A model generated the notes under the pieces. That model was not told the origin of the DNA. It did not search any database and saw only the letters and a list, made by a program, of their open reading frames with translations. Source: an uncultured Candidatus Saccharibacteria bacterium (GTDB lineage: Bacteria > Patescibacteriota > Minisyncoccia > Phycocordibacterales > UBA5272). Taken from it: DNA of 64,000 nucleotides. The stretch is taken from assembly GCA_964510805.1 (NCBI GenBank), contig CAZEDG010000001.1, positions 48,227 to 112,226 of the forward strand, given 5' to 3'. Position numbers and translations under genes: made by a program. Below, piece after piece: positions 30,611 to 40,444 of this stretch (positions are counted from its first letter, which is position 1; each line of letters starts with the position of its first letter).

Positions 30611-30991
30611 ATGCGTATATCAGGTATTACACTCCCAGAAAATAAAAGACTCGAAATCGCTCTTACTGCGGTTTACGGTGTTGGACGCCCACGAGCCAAG
30701 ATGATCATTGAGAAACTTGGTCTTGATATGGGTATGAAGACAACCGAGCTTACTCCTGAACAGGAGAACCTCATCCGTCGCGAGATCGAGCAGTTCAAGA
30801 CAGAGGGTGATCTTAAGCGTGAAGTTCAACAGAACATTAAGCGTCTTAAGGACATCAAGGCATACAGAGGTGTCAGACACGTACGTCACCTCCCTGCACG
30901 CGGTCAAAGAACTAAGACTAATAGCCGTACAGTTCGTGGTAACGTTCGTCGTACGATGGGAAGCGGACGTCGTAAGACTGAGAAGACCTAA
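30611..30991 (+). CDS. rpsM: 30S ribosomal protein S13
   Basis: YRGVRH..LPARGQRTKTNSRT. Confidence 0.97.
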   Translation: MRISGITLPENKRLEIALTAVYGVGRPRAKMIIEKLGLDMGMKTTELTPEQENLIRREIEQFKTEGDLKREVQQNIKRLKDIKAYRGVRHVRHLPARGQRTKTNSRTVRGNVRRTMGSGRRKTEKT

Positions 30992-31020
30992 AAACTAATC
31001 GCACTAACACAACTACTATT

Positions 31021-31455
31021 ATGGGAAAGAAACGTATCGTAAAAAAGAATAGTTCAGGAGTAGATAGCGCGCTTAAAGCACGTTCACTTGCTAAAGCTGT
31101 TAAGAAGAAAGTTGTTGAAGGAACTCTTTTTGTTGAGTCAACCTACAACAACACTCGCCTTTCACTTGCTGATAGAAGTGGTAATGTACTTGCTTGGTCT
31201 TCATCAGGAGCTCTTGGTTTCAAGGGTGCGAAGAAGGGCACACCTTTCGCTGCGTCAAAGATCGGAGAACTTATTGGAGAAAAAGCACAACAGATCGGCA
31301 TTAAGGAAGTTGATGTTGTCGTCAAAGGTGTAGGATCTGGTCGTGAATCTGCAATTAGAGGTTTCTCATCTTTTGGTGTAGAAATTGTTTCTATTACTGA
31401 CAAAACCCCAGTTCCTCACAACGGACCTAAGCCTCCTAAGCCACGTCACGTCTAA
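31021..31455 (+). CDS. rpsK: 30S ribosomal protein S11
   Basis: STYNNT, KGTPFAA, TPVPHNG. Confidence 0.97.
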   Translation: MGKKRIVKKNSSGVDSALKARSLAKAVKKKVVEGTLFVESTYNNTRLSLADRSGNVLAWSSSGALGFKGAKKGTPFAASKIGELIGEKAQQIGIKEVDVVVKGVGSGRESAIRGFSSFGVEIVSITDKTPVPHNGPKPPKPRHV

Positions 31456-31474
31456 ATTATTTTTATAAAAGTAT

Positions 31475-32095
31475 ATGAGTAGAATCACATGTAAAACTTG
31501 TCGCCGTCTCGGAGAGTCACTTTGTGGCCGTGAGAAGTGTGCTTACAAGAAGCGTTCATACGCTCCAGGAAAGCTTGATAGTGAAAGAAAGCATCGTTCA
31601 GGTGTTTCTGAATACGGTGAACAACTTCGCGCTAAGCAAAAAATGCGTATCACTTACGGTCTTATGGAGAAGCAGTTCTCTATGTACGTTAAGCGTGCAA
31701 CTCTTAAGCATGAGGTAGGTGAGGGTGCAGTAGCTCCTTCTCTTAAGCTTATGCGTCAGCTCGAGTCACGTCTTGATAACATGGTCTTCCGTGCAGGTTT
31801 TGCTTCTAATCGAGCACTTGCAAGACAGCTTGTTTCTCATGGTCATATTACTATCAATGGTCGTCGTAACACAATTGCTTCTCATCAGGTAAAAGTTGGT
31901 GACGTGCTCGCTATCCGTGAGGGTAGTAAGTCATCTAAACTCTTTACCGGTTTAGAGGAGAAGTTGGTTGCGTTTGCGCCTAGCTACGTGCTTACTGTTG
32001 ACCCTAAGACTTTTAAGGCTACAGTTAAGGCAGAAGTTCGTGAGGTTGAACAAATGTTCGACATCCAAAAAGTGTTCGAGTTCTACTCTAGATAG
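31475..32095 (+). CDS. rpsD: 30S ribosomal protein S4
   Basis: CRRLG, LESRLDN, ARQLVSHGH, EFYSR. Confidence 0.97.
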   Translation: MSRITCKTCRRLGESLCGREKCAYKKRSYAPGKLDSERKHRSGVSEYGEQLRAKQKMRITYGLMEKQFSMYVKRATLKHEVGEGAVAPSLKLMRQLESRLDNMVFRAGFASNRALARQLVSHGHITINGRRNTIASHQVKVGDVLAIREGSKSSKLFTGLEEKLVAFAPSYVLTVDPKTFKATVKAEVREVEQMFDIQKVFEFYSR

Positions 32096-32254
32096 TGGTT
32101 TTTGTAGGGGTATTTCTTACAAATACTTGATATTCAATTAACACAGACTTGCATTTTTTGCAATTTTGGGTTAGAATAAAGCAACTTTACTTATAAAGTG
32201 CATAATTGGTGCGTCACTATTAGTACTAAGGTTTCTTAATCATTGCAAACATAT

Positions 32255-33220
32255 ATGTCTTCACATTCTATTATTTTGCCATCAAAACCAAAAATTGTTA
32301 AGGAAGATTCAGTATCAGGTGTGTATGAAATCGACGGACTTTACCCAGGGTATGGACATACTCTTGGTAACTCGCTTCGTCGTATCATTCTTTCATCTAT
32401 TCCTGGAGCTTCGATTACAGCTTTGTCAATTGACGGGGTTAAACATGAGTTCTCGACAATCGATGGAATTAAAGAAGATGTGATTTCTATTATTCTTAAT
32501 CTCAAGAAGACACGTTTTAAGCTTCATGGTGATGATGCTCAGAAGGCTACTCTTCATATCAAGGGAGCTAAGACTGTTACTGCTACAATGATTACAACCC
32601 CAAGTCAGCTTGAGGTTATGAACCCTGATCAGTACATTTGTGAATCAACTGCAAAGGATATCGATATTGCTATCGAGATTACTGTAGAGAAAGGACTTGG
32701 ATATGTTCCTAAGGAGGTACTTCAGAAAGAGAAGGCTGATATCGGAACTATTTTCCTTGACGCATCATTTACTCCTATTCGTCGAGCTAGTTACGAAGTA
32801 GAAAACATGCGTGTTGGTGATCGTACTGACCACAACCGTCTTCGTGTTGCTATTGAGACTGACGGAACTATCTCTCCTCGTGAGGCTCTCGAAGGCTCTA
32901 TTCATACCATGATTACTCAACTTCAGTCTATTGTTGGTTTCCGTGAGCAACATATCGAGATCGTTAAGGATCAGGTTGTATCTCCAGAAGACTTTGCAGG
33001 TGATGATGTTGAAGTGACTGACGCAGGAAAGGTGAAGATAGAAGACCTTGGTCTTTCTACTCGCACAGAGAACGCTCTTGTTACTGCTTCTATAAGAACA
33101 GCAGGAGGTCTTGCTCGTAAGTCTGAAGAAGATCTACTCTCAGTAGATGGTCTTGGAGAAAAGGGTATTGGAGAGATTAAGAAGGCACTTGCAGGGCTTG
33201 GGCTTACACTTAAGGCATAA
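32255..33220 (+). CDS. rpoA: RNA polymerase alpha subunit
   Basis: GYGHTLGNSLRR, HEFSTIDG, alpha-CTD. Confidence 0.97.
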   Translation: MSSHSIILPSKPKIVKEDSVSGVYEIDGLYPGYGHTLGNSLRRIILSSIPGASITALSIDGVKHEFSTIDGIKEDVISIILNLKKTRFKLHGDDAQKATLHIKGAKTVTATMITTPSQLEVMNPDQYICESTAKDIDIAIEITVEKGLGYVPKEVLQKEKADIGTIFLDASFTPIRRASYEVENMRVGDRTDHNRLRVAIETDGTISPREALEGSIHTMITQLQSIVGFREQHIEIVKDQVVSPEDFAGDDVEVTDAGKVKIEDLGLSTRTENALVTASIRTAGGLARKSEEDLLSVDGLGEKGIGEIKKALAGLGLTLKA

Positions 33221-33262
33221 ACGTTTTTACAGAAAGAATTCCTTAATTATCGATATACGAGT

Positions 33263-33616
33263 ATGAAACATCATAAAGCATTCAGAAAATTCGGAAGAGA
33301 GAAGAATGAACGTAAAGCGTTCGTTCGAAGTCTCATTATTAACCTTGTTCGTCATGGTAAGATCGAGACAACACTTGCTCGCGCAAAAGAGATTCGTCCT
33401 ATGGTAGAGCGTCTTGTTACCCTTGCTAAGGATGACACTGTGGCACGTCGTCGCCTCATTATGGCTCGTCTTCTTAATCAAGAGATCGAGGTAACTAAGC
33501 TTTTCAAAGAATACGCTCCTAAGTTCAAAGAGGTTCCTGGTGGCTATACTCGTATTATCAAGCTTCCTACACGTCTTTCTGATGGAGCAGAAAAGGCTGT
33601 AATCGAATTTGTATAA
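33263..33616 (+). CDS. rplQ: 50S ribosomal protein L17
   Basis: IETTLARAKE, GGYTRIIK. Confidence 0.97.
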   Translation: MKHHKAFRKFGREKNERKAFVRSLIINLVRHGKIETTLARAKEIRPMVERLVTLAKDDTVARRRLIMARLLNQEIEVTKLFKEYAPKFKEVPGGYTRIIKLPTRLSDGAEKAVIEFV

Positions 33617-33632
33617 TTTTTATTTAACTACT

Positions 33633-33977
33633 ATGAATCACACAATTGACGCATCAGGAAAAGCTCTCGGAAGACTCGCATCAGAAGTTGCGGCACTTCT
33701 TAATGCAAAGGACAGTGTTAACTTCGTGAAAAATCGTGTGGCAGATATTACTGTTACCGTTACTAACGCAAGTAAACTAAAAGTTACCGGTAATAAGATG
33801 AACGAAAGCGTTCATAAGTCATACTCAGGATACCCAGGAGGTTTGAAAGAGATGCCTCTTAAGTATGTTGTAGAAAAGAAAGGCTATAAAGAGCTTATTA
33901 CTCATGCGGTTATGGGTATGCTCCCAAAGAACCGTCTTCAGAGTATCCGCATTAAGAATCTTATTATCAAAGACTAG
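33633..33977 (+). CDS. rplM: 50S ribosomal protein L13 (short form)
   Basis: IDASGKALGRLAS, SGYPGGLK, GMLPKN. Confidence 0.95.
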   Translation: MNHTIDASGKALGRLASEVAALLNAKDSVNFVKNRVADITVTVTNASKLKVTGNKMNESVHKSYSGYPGGLKEMPLKYVVEKKGYKELITHAVMGMLPKNRLQSIRIKNLIIKD

Positions 33978-34000
33978 CTTATTTTTTATAACTTACCCCT

Positions 34001-34408
34001 ATGTCAGTAGAAACAAAAAATCGTTATATTGAAGCAGTTGGTCGTCGTAAGACTGCGGTTGCTCGTGTACGTATCACACCTTCAACAAAAGCTTCTTTTC
34101 TTATCAATGAAAAAGATGTAAAGGATTATTTCCCTACACATGAGCTTCAGACTATCTCACAAGAAGCTATCTCTAAGTCAGAGATTGGTGAGAAGTTCAC
34201 TGTTACTGTTCATGTAAATGGTGGAGGTATCCATGCGCAAGCAGAAGCGATTCGTCACGGTCTTGCAAGAACTCTTGTTCTTCGTGATGAACAAGTGAAG
34301 AACGCTCTTAAGAAGCTTGGCTTCCTTAAGCGTGACCCTCGTCAGGTTGAACGTAAGAAGTTCGGTCTCAAGAAGGCTCGTAAGTCTCCAACCTGGTCAA
34401 AACGATAG
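34001..34408 (+). CDS. rpsI: 30S ribosomal protein S9
   Basis: GRRKTAVARV, RDPRQVERKK, SKR end. Confidence 0.97.
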   Translation: MSVETKNRYIEAVGRRKTAVARVRITPSTKASFLINEKDVKDYFPTHELQTISQEAISKSEIGEKFTVTVHVNGGGIHAQAEAIRHGLARTLVLRDEQVKNALKKLGFLKRDPRQVERKKFGLKKARKSPTWSKR

Positions 34409-34526
34409 CAAAACTATCCCATCTACTTTGTCGAAACCCCGATTTTGTCGGTCGTCGTACTACCAAGTACGACTTCCTCCAAAATCGGGGTTTCTTCGCG
34501 TATACGGGCAGTTTTGTATCGTTTTG
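34398..34526. repeat. 129-nt imperfect inverted-repeat element overlapping the rpsI stop
   Basis: caaaacgata/tatcgttttg, gaaaccccgattttg/caaaatcggggtttc, gtcgtact/agtacgac. Confidence 0.8.
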
Positions 34527-34613
34527 TGTAAGCGTTAAGAGTTTCGCTTTACTTATATTTTCAAAAACACTTATCATTTTACGGTTAAGTGGTTTTGTTA
34601 TATATTTAAATAT

Positions 34614-36074
34614 ATGAAAAAATCTTTTTCTGTTTCATTAATCTTGTTTGTAATGTTATTTGCTTTAGTGACTATTGTTTATATTGTAAATAAAAATAAC
34701 ATTAGAGAACTCTGGGCTGATACCACGAAAGGATTGGTAGGGGCTAAAAAAATACAAGCATCAAGTTCTGCTGAAAGTAGTTCTATTTCTACTGCTGTAG
34801 AAATAGAAAACCCTGAATTGAGGACTGATTTAGTGCTAATGAACCAAATAACAGTTAATGCTAAAATAGAAAACCTTGAAGAAGCAAGTGATGCCGCAAA
34901 AGCATATTTAGGTACAATTTTATTGCTGTCTTCTGGGGATATTGCTTATATAGTTAAAGCTAATCATAAAAGCTCATTATTTTTAAATAATGAAAAGCTG
35001 AAAGAAGAAGGCGTTTCTTTTGTGAAAGAAATAGCAAAAAATTTAGTATATCTCGTTACTGATTTTAAAAATGATCAGGAGTTTTTATTTTTTGGAAGAA
35101 ATTGGGTAGTAGTGGCACCAACAGGACTTTTCACTATCTCTGACGTGCAAGAAATAGATGGTGATATTTCCTATGTTTTTAATAGTAAAAATTTTCAACA
35201 AAAAATCCTTTTTTATAAAGGAAAGAAAATTATAGAAGCCCCATATATAAAAAATGTTAAAAAAACAAGTGGCGGTTTCTCATATATAACTTCTGAAAGC
35301 AGAAAAATCGGAGATACCTTGTTTTATAATGATCAAAAGGTTCTCTCTGCTCATGAAATTCTAAGTTATTTAGAAGTTGGAGATAAACTTGCTTATGTTA
35401 CTTTTGGTTATCTCGACAAGGAACATACTCCAAGTGAAGGGTTTTTTGCTAGTGATTACACAACGAAAGAAACTCTTTTTTATGATGGTAAAAAAATTAT
35501 TACAGATGATTCTATAGAGATATATAACATCTCTAACAAGTTGGCTTATGTGGTAAGTACTAAATATGGTAAAAAAAATCTTTTTTATAATAATAAAAAA
35601 ATAGTAACTGCAGATAATATTACTGATATTAAACCAGTCGGAAATAAGATATCTTATGTTATAAGTGATTATAACGCTGACAAGAAGAAGCTTTTTGTTG
35701 GAGATGATCTTATTGTTACAAAAAATAATATAAATTATATAGATTATATTAATGTTAAAGAAATTAATGGTAAAATCCTTTATAGTGTTCGAGATAATTT
35801 GACAGAAGATATTGTAACTTTTTATGACTCAGAAATGATTGGATCAAATATTGATTTCATGAAAATAATTTCAAGTAATATTGATAACGGACTTTGTTAT
35901 ATTATTTTTGATAAAACCACTCTGAAAAATAGCCTTATGTGTAATAAAAAAATAATAACAGAAAATGTAAGTGATTTTAGGGTGAGTGATATCTCTTCTT
36001 CTACATTTTTTATTTTAAAAACAGAAGAAACAGCAAGCTCTACAATTTTATCAGTTTATAGATTAACTTTATAA
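34614..36074 (+). CDS. low-GC membrane-anchored repeat protein (beta-propeller-like)
   Basis: N-terminal TM; ~38-aa repeats (LAYV...LFY...KI); visibly AT-richer than neighbours. Confidence 0.7.
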   Translation: MKKSFSVSLILFVMLFALVTIVYIVNKNNIRELWADTTKGLVGAKKIQASSSAESSSISTAVEIENPELRTDLVLMNQITVNAKIENLEEASDAAKAYLGTILLLSSGDIAYIVKANHKSSLFLNNEKLKEEGVSFVKEIAKNLVYLVTDFKNDQEFLFFGRNWVVVAPTGLFTISDVQEIDGDISYVFNSKNFQQKILFYKGKKIIEAPYIKNVKKTSGGFSYITSESRKIGDTLFYNDQKVLSAHEILSYLEVGDKLAYVTFGYLDKEHTPSEGFFASDYTTKETLFYDGKKIITDDSIEIYNISNKLAYVVSTKYGKKNLFYNNKKIVTADNITDIKPVGNKISYVISDYNADKKKLFVGDDLIVTKNNINYIDYINVKEINGKILYSVRDNLTEDIVTFYDSEMIGSNIDFMKIISSNIDNGLCYIIFDKTTLKNSLMCNKKIITENVSDFRVSDISSSTFFILKTEETASSTILSVYRLTL

Positions 36075-36079
36075 AAATC

Positions 36080-36145
36080 AGGCTCGTAAGTCTCCTACAT
36101 GGAGCAAGCGTTAAGATATCGCTTTACTTATATTTTCAAAAACAC
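36080..36145 (+). repeat. duplicate of rpsI 3' end and trailer (att-like direct repeat)
   Basis: aggctcgtaagtctcc identical to 34374-34389, continues as ARKSPTWSKR*; 36106-36145 matches 34530-34570. Confidence 0.9.
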
Positions 36146-36265
36146 CTTGTACATGTAAGGTGTTTTTGGTTTTAAATTTGACGAACTTACTTAAAAAGTG
36201 TAGTGTATTTACTACATCCTAGTACCTGGATGGGTTAATTGAGCGGATGCTCATAAGGAGTGGAA

Positions 36266-36790
36266 ATGTTTGCTTTCTTCAAGAAACCTTTTGAACCACA
36301 GAAGAGTCAGAATCAAGGAGATTATGTAGGAGATTTTGATAAATGGATTCAACGTAAGAATGCTGTTATAAAACGACTGCTAGAAGATTTTCCTTGGCTT
36401 TGGGCGGTTAATAACCATTATAACAGAGATGATGGTGACCGTATCAAGGTGAATCAGGACATGTCGGACCTTAAGTTGGTTCTTTCCCAAAATTCAGACA
36501 AGACAGGTTTTTTGCTTTGGTCTGTAGCAAGTCATTTTTGTGACAGTTTTAACGTCCTTGTCAAATGTCATGAACGTCAAGAAGGAAAGATCTGGTCTGA
36601 AGCGATCACTCAACAAAGTTACGGCCATAGAAATATTCTTTATTTGGTTTCTGTTGATTGGGGATCTTCTGGTCATGGAATAACTATTTTTCGGCATCCT
36701 GAAAAACAATGTTTGGATGAAGTTATCCAACAGGTTTGTGATCTTCATGGTGTCAACGCTAGACGATTGATATCTTCTGACTTTGTTTGA
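36266..36790 (+). CDS. orphan hypothetical protein
   Basis: TTGACG-N17-TAGTGT, TAAGGAG SD, terminator aaccgcacggaaccttccgtgcggtt. Confidence 0.65.
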   Translation: MFAFFKKPFEPQKSQNQGDYVGDFDKWIQRKNAVIKRLLEDFPWLWAVNNHYNRDDGDRIKVNQDMSDLKLVLSQNSDKTGFLLWSVASHFCDSFNVLVKCHERQEGKIWSEAITQQSYGHRNILYLVSVDWGSSGHGITIFRHPEKQCLDEVIQQVCDLHGVNARRLISSDFV

Positions 36791-36975
36791 TTTTTAAGAA
36801 TCAACCGCACGGAACCTTCCGTGCGGTTTGCTTTTTTAGAGGTTCTTGACATTTTTTTCTAAATACATTATACACATAGAGTACCCGAATAACTGACAGA
36901 AAGACACGATTGACAGACTGATTGCCGTAAAGTATTTTGATTATTAATTTTTACAATTGAAAATTTAGAATTGAT

Positions 36976-37572
36976 ATGAATGATGACCACAATGAAAAAA
37001 TTCTAGATGTTTCAGAAGAGGGGAATCCTACAGAGGACGATGTTTCTTTTGAAGAAGTGAATGAAGATGGTGAGCAAGATGTTCGAGCTAAACTTAAGAA
37101 GTTACAGGACAAGATCAAGCTACTTGAGCAAGAAAAGCAAGACTACCTAGATCAGAGTGTTCGCGCTCGTGCAGATTATGCTAATTATAAAAAAGAAGTA
37201 GAAGCACTTCGTATAAGTGATCGCAAGTTTGCAACGAAGCGATTTATAGAAGAATTACTTCCTGTTCTTGATGCCTATGATATGGCTCAAGCTAATAAAG
37301 AAGCTTGGGAAAAAGTTGATCAAGGGTGGCGTATTGGTATTGAGTATATTTTCTCACAATTTCGTTCCATTCTAGAAAAAGAAGGAGTGCAACAATTTGG
37401 AAAAATTGGCGACATGTTTGACCCAATGCTTCATGAGACGATGCAGTCTGTTTCTGTTGAGAATGAGAGTGATAACGATAAAGTAGTTAAAATTCTCCAG
37501 AATGGCTACAAGATGCATGATACTATTTTGCGTCCAGCTCGTGTCCATATTGGTCACTACACTAAGCAGTAG
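36976..37572 (+). CDS. grpE: nucleotide exchange factor GrpE
   Basis: ADYANYKK, LLPVLD, FDPMLHE, LRPARV. Confidence 0.95.
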   Translation: MNDDHNEKILDVSEEGNPTEDDVSFEEVNEDGEQDVRAKLKKLQDKIKLLEQEKQDYLDQSVRARADYANYKKEVEALRISDRKFATKRFIEELLPVLDAYDMAQANKEAWEKVDQGWRIGIEYIFSQFRSILEKEGVQQFGKIGDMFDPMLHETMQSVSVENESDNDKVVKILQNGYKMHDTILRPARVHIGHYTKQ

Positions 37573-37620
37573 ATTTTTTCTATTAACTATCAACCATTAA
37601 CTATTAACTGAATTTATATT

Positions 37621-39501
37621 ATGTCAAAAATTATCGGAATCGATCTTGGAACAACTAACTCAGCAGTTGCGATTATCGAAGGCGGACAGCCAAAAATTAT
37701 TGAGAACCTAGAAGGTAACCGTACAACCCCTTCTGTTGTTTCTGTTAACAAGAACAATGAACGTTCTGTAGGGCAGATTGCGAAGCGTCAGGCTGTGACT
37801 AACCCTAAGGATACCGTATACGGTGTTAAGCGCTTTATGGGGCATTCATATTCTGACAAAGAGGTACAGTCTGATATTCCTCGTGTGCCGTATGCAATCA
37901 AAAAAGGTGACAACGATGGAGTGCTTATTACTCTTGGTGGTAAAGATCTTCGTCCTGAGGAAGTTTCTGCGATGATTCTTCAGAAGATTAAGGCTGATGT
38001 TGAGGCTAAGCTTGGGGAGAAGGTGACAGAAGCGGTAATCACGGTTCCTGCGTACTTCAATGATACCCAGCGTCAAGCTACTATTGATGCAGGTAAGATA
38101 GCTGGTCTTGATGTTAAGCGTATTATTCCTGAACCAACAGCTGCAGCGCTTGCGTACGGCTTCAACTCACAGAAGAATGAGAAGCTTGCAGTGTATGACT
38201 TCGGAGGAGGAACTTTTGATATTTCTATTTTGGAAGTAGGTGATGGTGTTGTTGAGGTTAAGTCTGTCGACGGAGATTCTCATCTTGGTGGTCGTGACAT
38301 TGATCAGAAGTTTGTGCAGTATATTGCAAGTGAGTTCAAGAAGGATCAGGGTATTGATATTACCGGAGACCCTCTTGCGCTACAGCGTCTTGATGAAGCT
38401 GCGGAGAAGGCAAAGCATGAACTTTCTACACAGATGGAAGTGGAGATTAATATTCCATTTATTACCTCAGGAGCAGATGGACCTAAGCACCTTCTTATGA
38501 AGATGACACGTGCAAAGCTTGAGGAACTTGCGAAGGAATTCGTAGATCGTTCTATTGAGATTACACGACGAGCACTCGAAGCTTCTCCATTTAAGAAAGA
38601 AGAGATCAATCAGATCGTGATGGTTGGAGGCCAGACAAGAATGCCGATGATCGTAGAAGCGGTTAAGGCGCTCTTCGGCAAGGAACCTAATCGTTCTATT
38701 AATCCAGATGAAGTAGTTGCTCTTGGCGCAGCAGTACAAGCAGGAGTACTTCAAGGGGATGTAAAGGATGTACTCCTTCTTGACGTGATTCCACTTTCTC
38801 TTGGTATTGAGACTATGGGTGGTGTTGCAACTAAGCTTGTAGAAAAGAACACAACTATTCCAACTGCTAAGTCACAAGTGTTCTCAACTGCATCAGATAA
38901 CCAGACTTCTGTTGAGATTCATATTACACAAGGTGAACGTCCACTCGCTTCTGATAATAAGTCACTCGGACGGTTTATTCTCGATGGTATTCCACCTGCA
39001 CCACGCGGTATCCCTCAAGTAGAAGTAACCTTTGATATTGATGCAAACGGTATCCTAAATGTTAAAGCAAAGGACAAGACTTCAGGTAAGGAACAGTCTA
39101 TACGTATCGAGGCTTCATCTGGTCTTTCTGATGATGACATTAAGCGTATGCAACAAGATGCTGACGCTCACGCCGAAGAAGATAAGAAGAAGATGGAACT
39201 TATTGAGACTAAGAACATGGCTGATGCTATGGTCCATACCGCTGAGAAAGCGCTTCGTGACGCAGAAGGTAAGATTCCTGATACGCTTAAGACCGAAGTA
39301 GAGAAGTCTATTGCTGATCTTAAGAGCTCAAAAGATTCTACTGATATCGAAGTAATCAAGAAAGCAACCCAATCTCTTTCAGATACCATGATGAAGATCG
39401 GTGAAGCAATGAAGACTTCGAATGATAATGCTACACAGACTGAATCACAGGCAGAGGGTTCTACCGAAGAACCAAAAACTGACGGAGAAAAGCAAAGCTA
39501 A
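37621..39501 (+). CDS. dnaK: chaperone DnaK
   Basis: [32 protein letters not shown]. Confidence 0.98.
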   Translation: MSKIIGIDLGTTNSAVAIIEGGQPKIIENLEGNRTTPSVVSVNKNNERSVGQIAKRQAVTNPKDTVYGVKRFMGHSYSDKEVQSDIPRVPYAIKKGDNDGVLITLGGKDLRPEEVSAMILQKIKADVEAKLGEKVTEAVITVPAYFNDTQRQATIDAGKIAGLDVKRIIPEPTAAALAYGFNSQKNEKLAVYDFGGGTFDISILEVGDGVVEVKSVDGDSHLGGRDIDQKFVQYIASEFKKDQGIDITGDPLALQRLDEAAEKAKHELSTQMEVEINIPFITSGADGPKHLLMKMTRAKLEELAKEFVDRSIEITRRALEASPFKKEEINQIVMVGGQTRMPMIVEAVKALFGKEPNRSINPDEVVALGAAVQAGVLQGDVKDVLLLDVIPLSLGIETMGGVATKLVEKNTTIPTAKSQVFSTASDNQTSVEIHITQGERPLASDNKSLGRFILDGIPPAPRGIPQVEVTFDIDANGILNVKAKDKTSGKEQSIRIEASSGLSDDDIKRMQQDADAHAEEDKKKMELIETKNMADAMVHTAEKALRDAEGKIPDTLKTEVEKSIADLKSSKDSTDIEVIKKATQSLSDTMMKIGEAMKTSNDNATQTESQAEGSTEEPKTDGEKQS

Positions 39502-39593
39502 TTCTATTTTTTGAAACAAAAAACCAATCTCAATGTAGGTTGGTTTTTTGTTATGTACATAAAAAGAAAAAGCAGTGTAGAGGGTGTTAATCT

Positions 39594-40326
39594 CTACACT
39601 GCTTCACATTCAATGCCAAGTGCGTGAAGATCTTCTATGGTGAAAAATGAATCTTCGCGTGCTAGGCTTGTTACAATGTTAATTATGTTGATAAGTGACC
39701 TGCCGTTCCTAAGAGGGGCCGTGAACTCCGCTTGACACCTCCTCACACCATAGAAGGTTTGCTCGTCATCATCTTTTCTTGAAATGACGGGTATCCTATG
39801 TCTCATAGCATACCCAGACATTACATAGTTAAAGAGTTGAGTTGTCGCGTCAGCAATAGCAGATCCAGAAGAAGTATTCCAAGAAGCTTTTTTCCTTGCT
39901 CGGTATCTCCCCCCGCAGAGCCTCGTTTTCTTCCAAGACAGTTTCGATGAATACCTTCATAGGGTTAAAGAAATCAAGCTCTTGAAACTCTTCATGACAA
40001 AACTGTCCACGAAGAATTACTTCCGATAGGAAAATTCTCCCTCGTGTTCTGCTGTTCCCATTTTTGAAAAGAGAGACACAGAGCGCGAGTTTTAGTTCTT
40101 TATCAGAGAAACCGTAACTTGAGCGTATTCTTGTTGGGATAAAACTCGAAGCTTTCTCACCTTCTACATTAGATAAGAATGCTTCCCGTGGAACACGAAG
40201 TTTCTCAGGAGGCAAGACACAAGCGATGACAAGATGTGCCTTCGTATTTTGTGCTTGGAAAAGAAAAGCATCTTCTCGTACAGTGGTCCCTTTAGGATCC
40301 ACCGCATCACACATAAGTGTTTGCAT
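39594..40326 (-). pseudogene. frameshifted degenerate RNB (RNase II/R)-like gene
   Basis: 5' part VDPKGTTVREDAF and 3' part EFTAPLRN lie in different frames, joined by removing one base near the G6/A6 runs; own promoter and SD. Confidence 0.55.
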
Positions 40327-40444
40327 GGCAGTATTCCTAAAATGAGCTATTATTTGCATACTAACTATTTTTTTGTAGTTAGTCAAGTTTTTAGAGGGGT
40401 AAAAAAACATGCACGGAGTTGTTCCGTGCATGTGGTGATTGGCT

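Noticed and set aside
34526-34545. Integron attC core site
   Set aside because: GTTAAGA does not fit GTTRRRY, there is no matching RYYYAAC, and no intI is present.
36840-36975. CIRCE/HAIR operator before grpE-dnaK
   Set aside because: Neither consensus is present; only a short TGACAGA direct repeat too weak to call.
39850-39852. UGA readthrough or alternative genetic code
   Set aside because: The downstream part is in a different frame, and TGA ends several intact genes (lysS, ychF) while core genes show no internal TGA.
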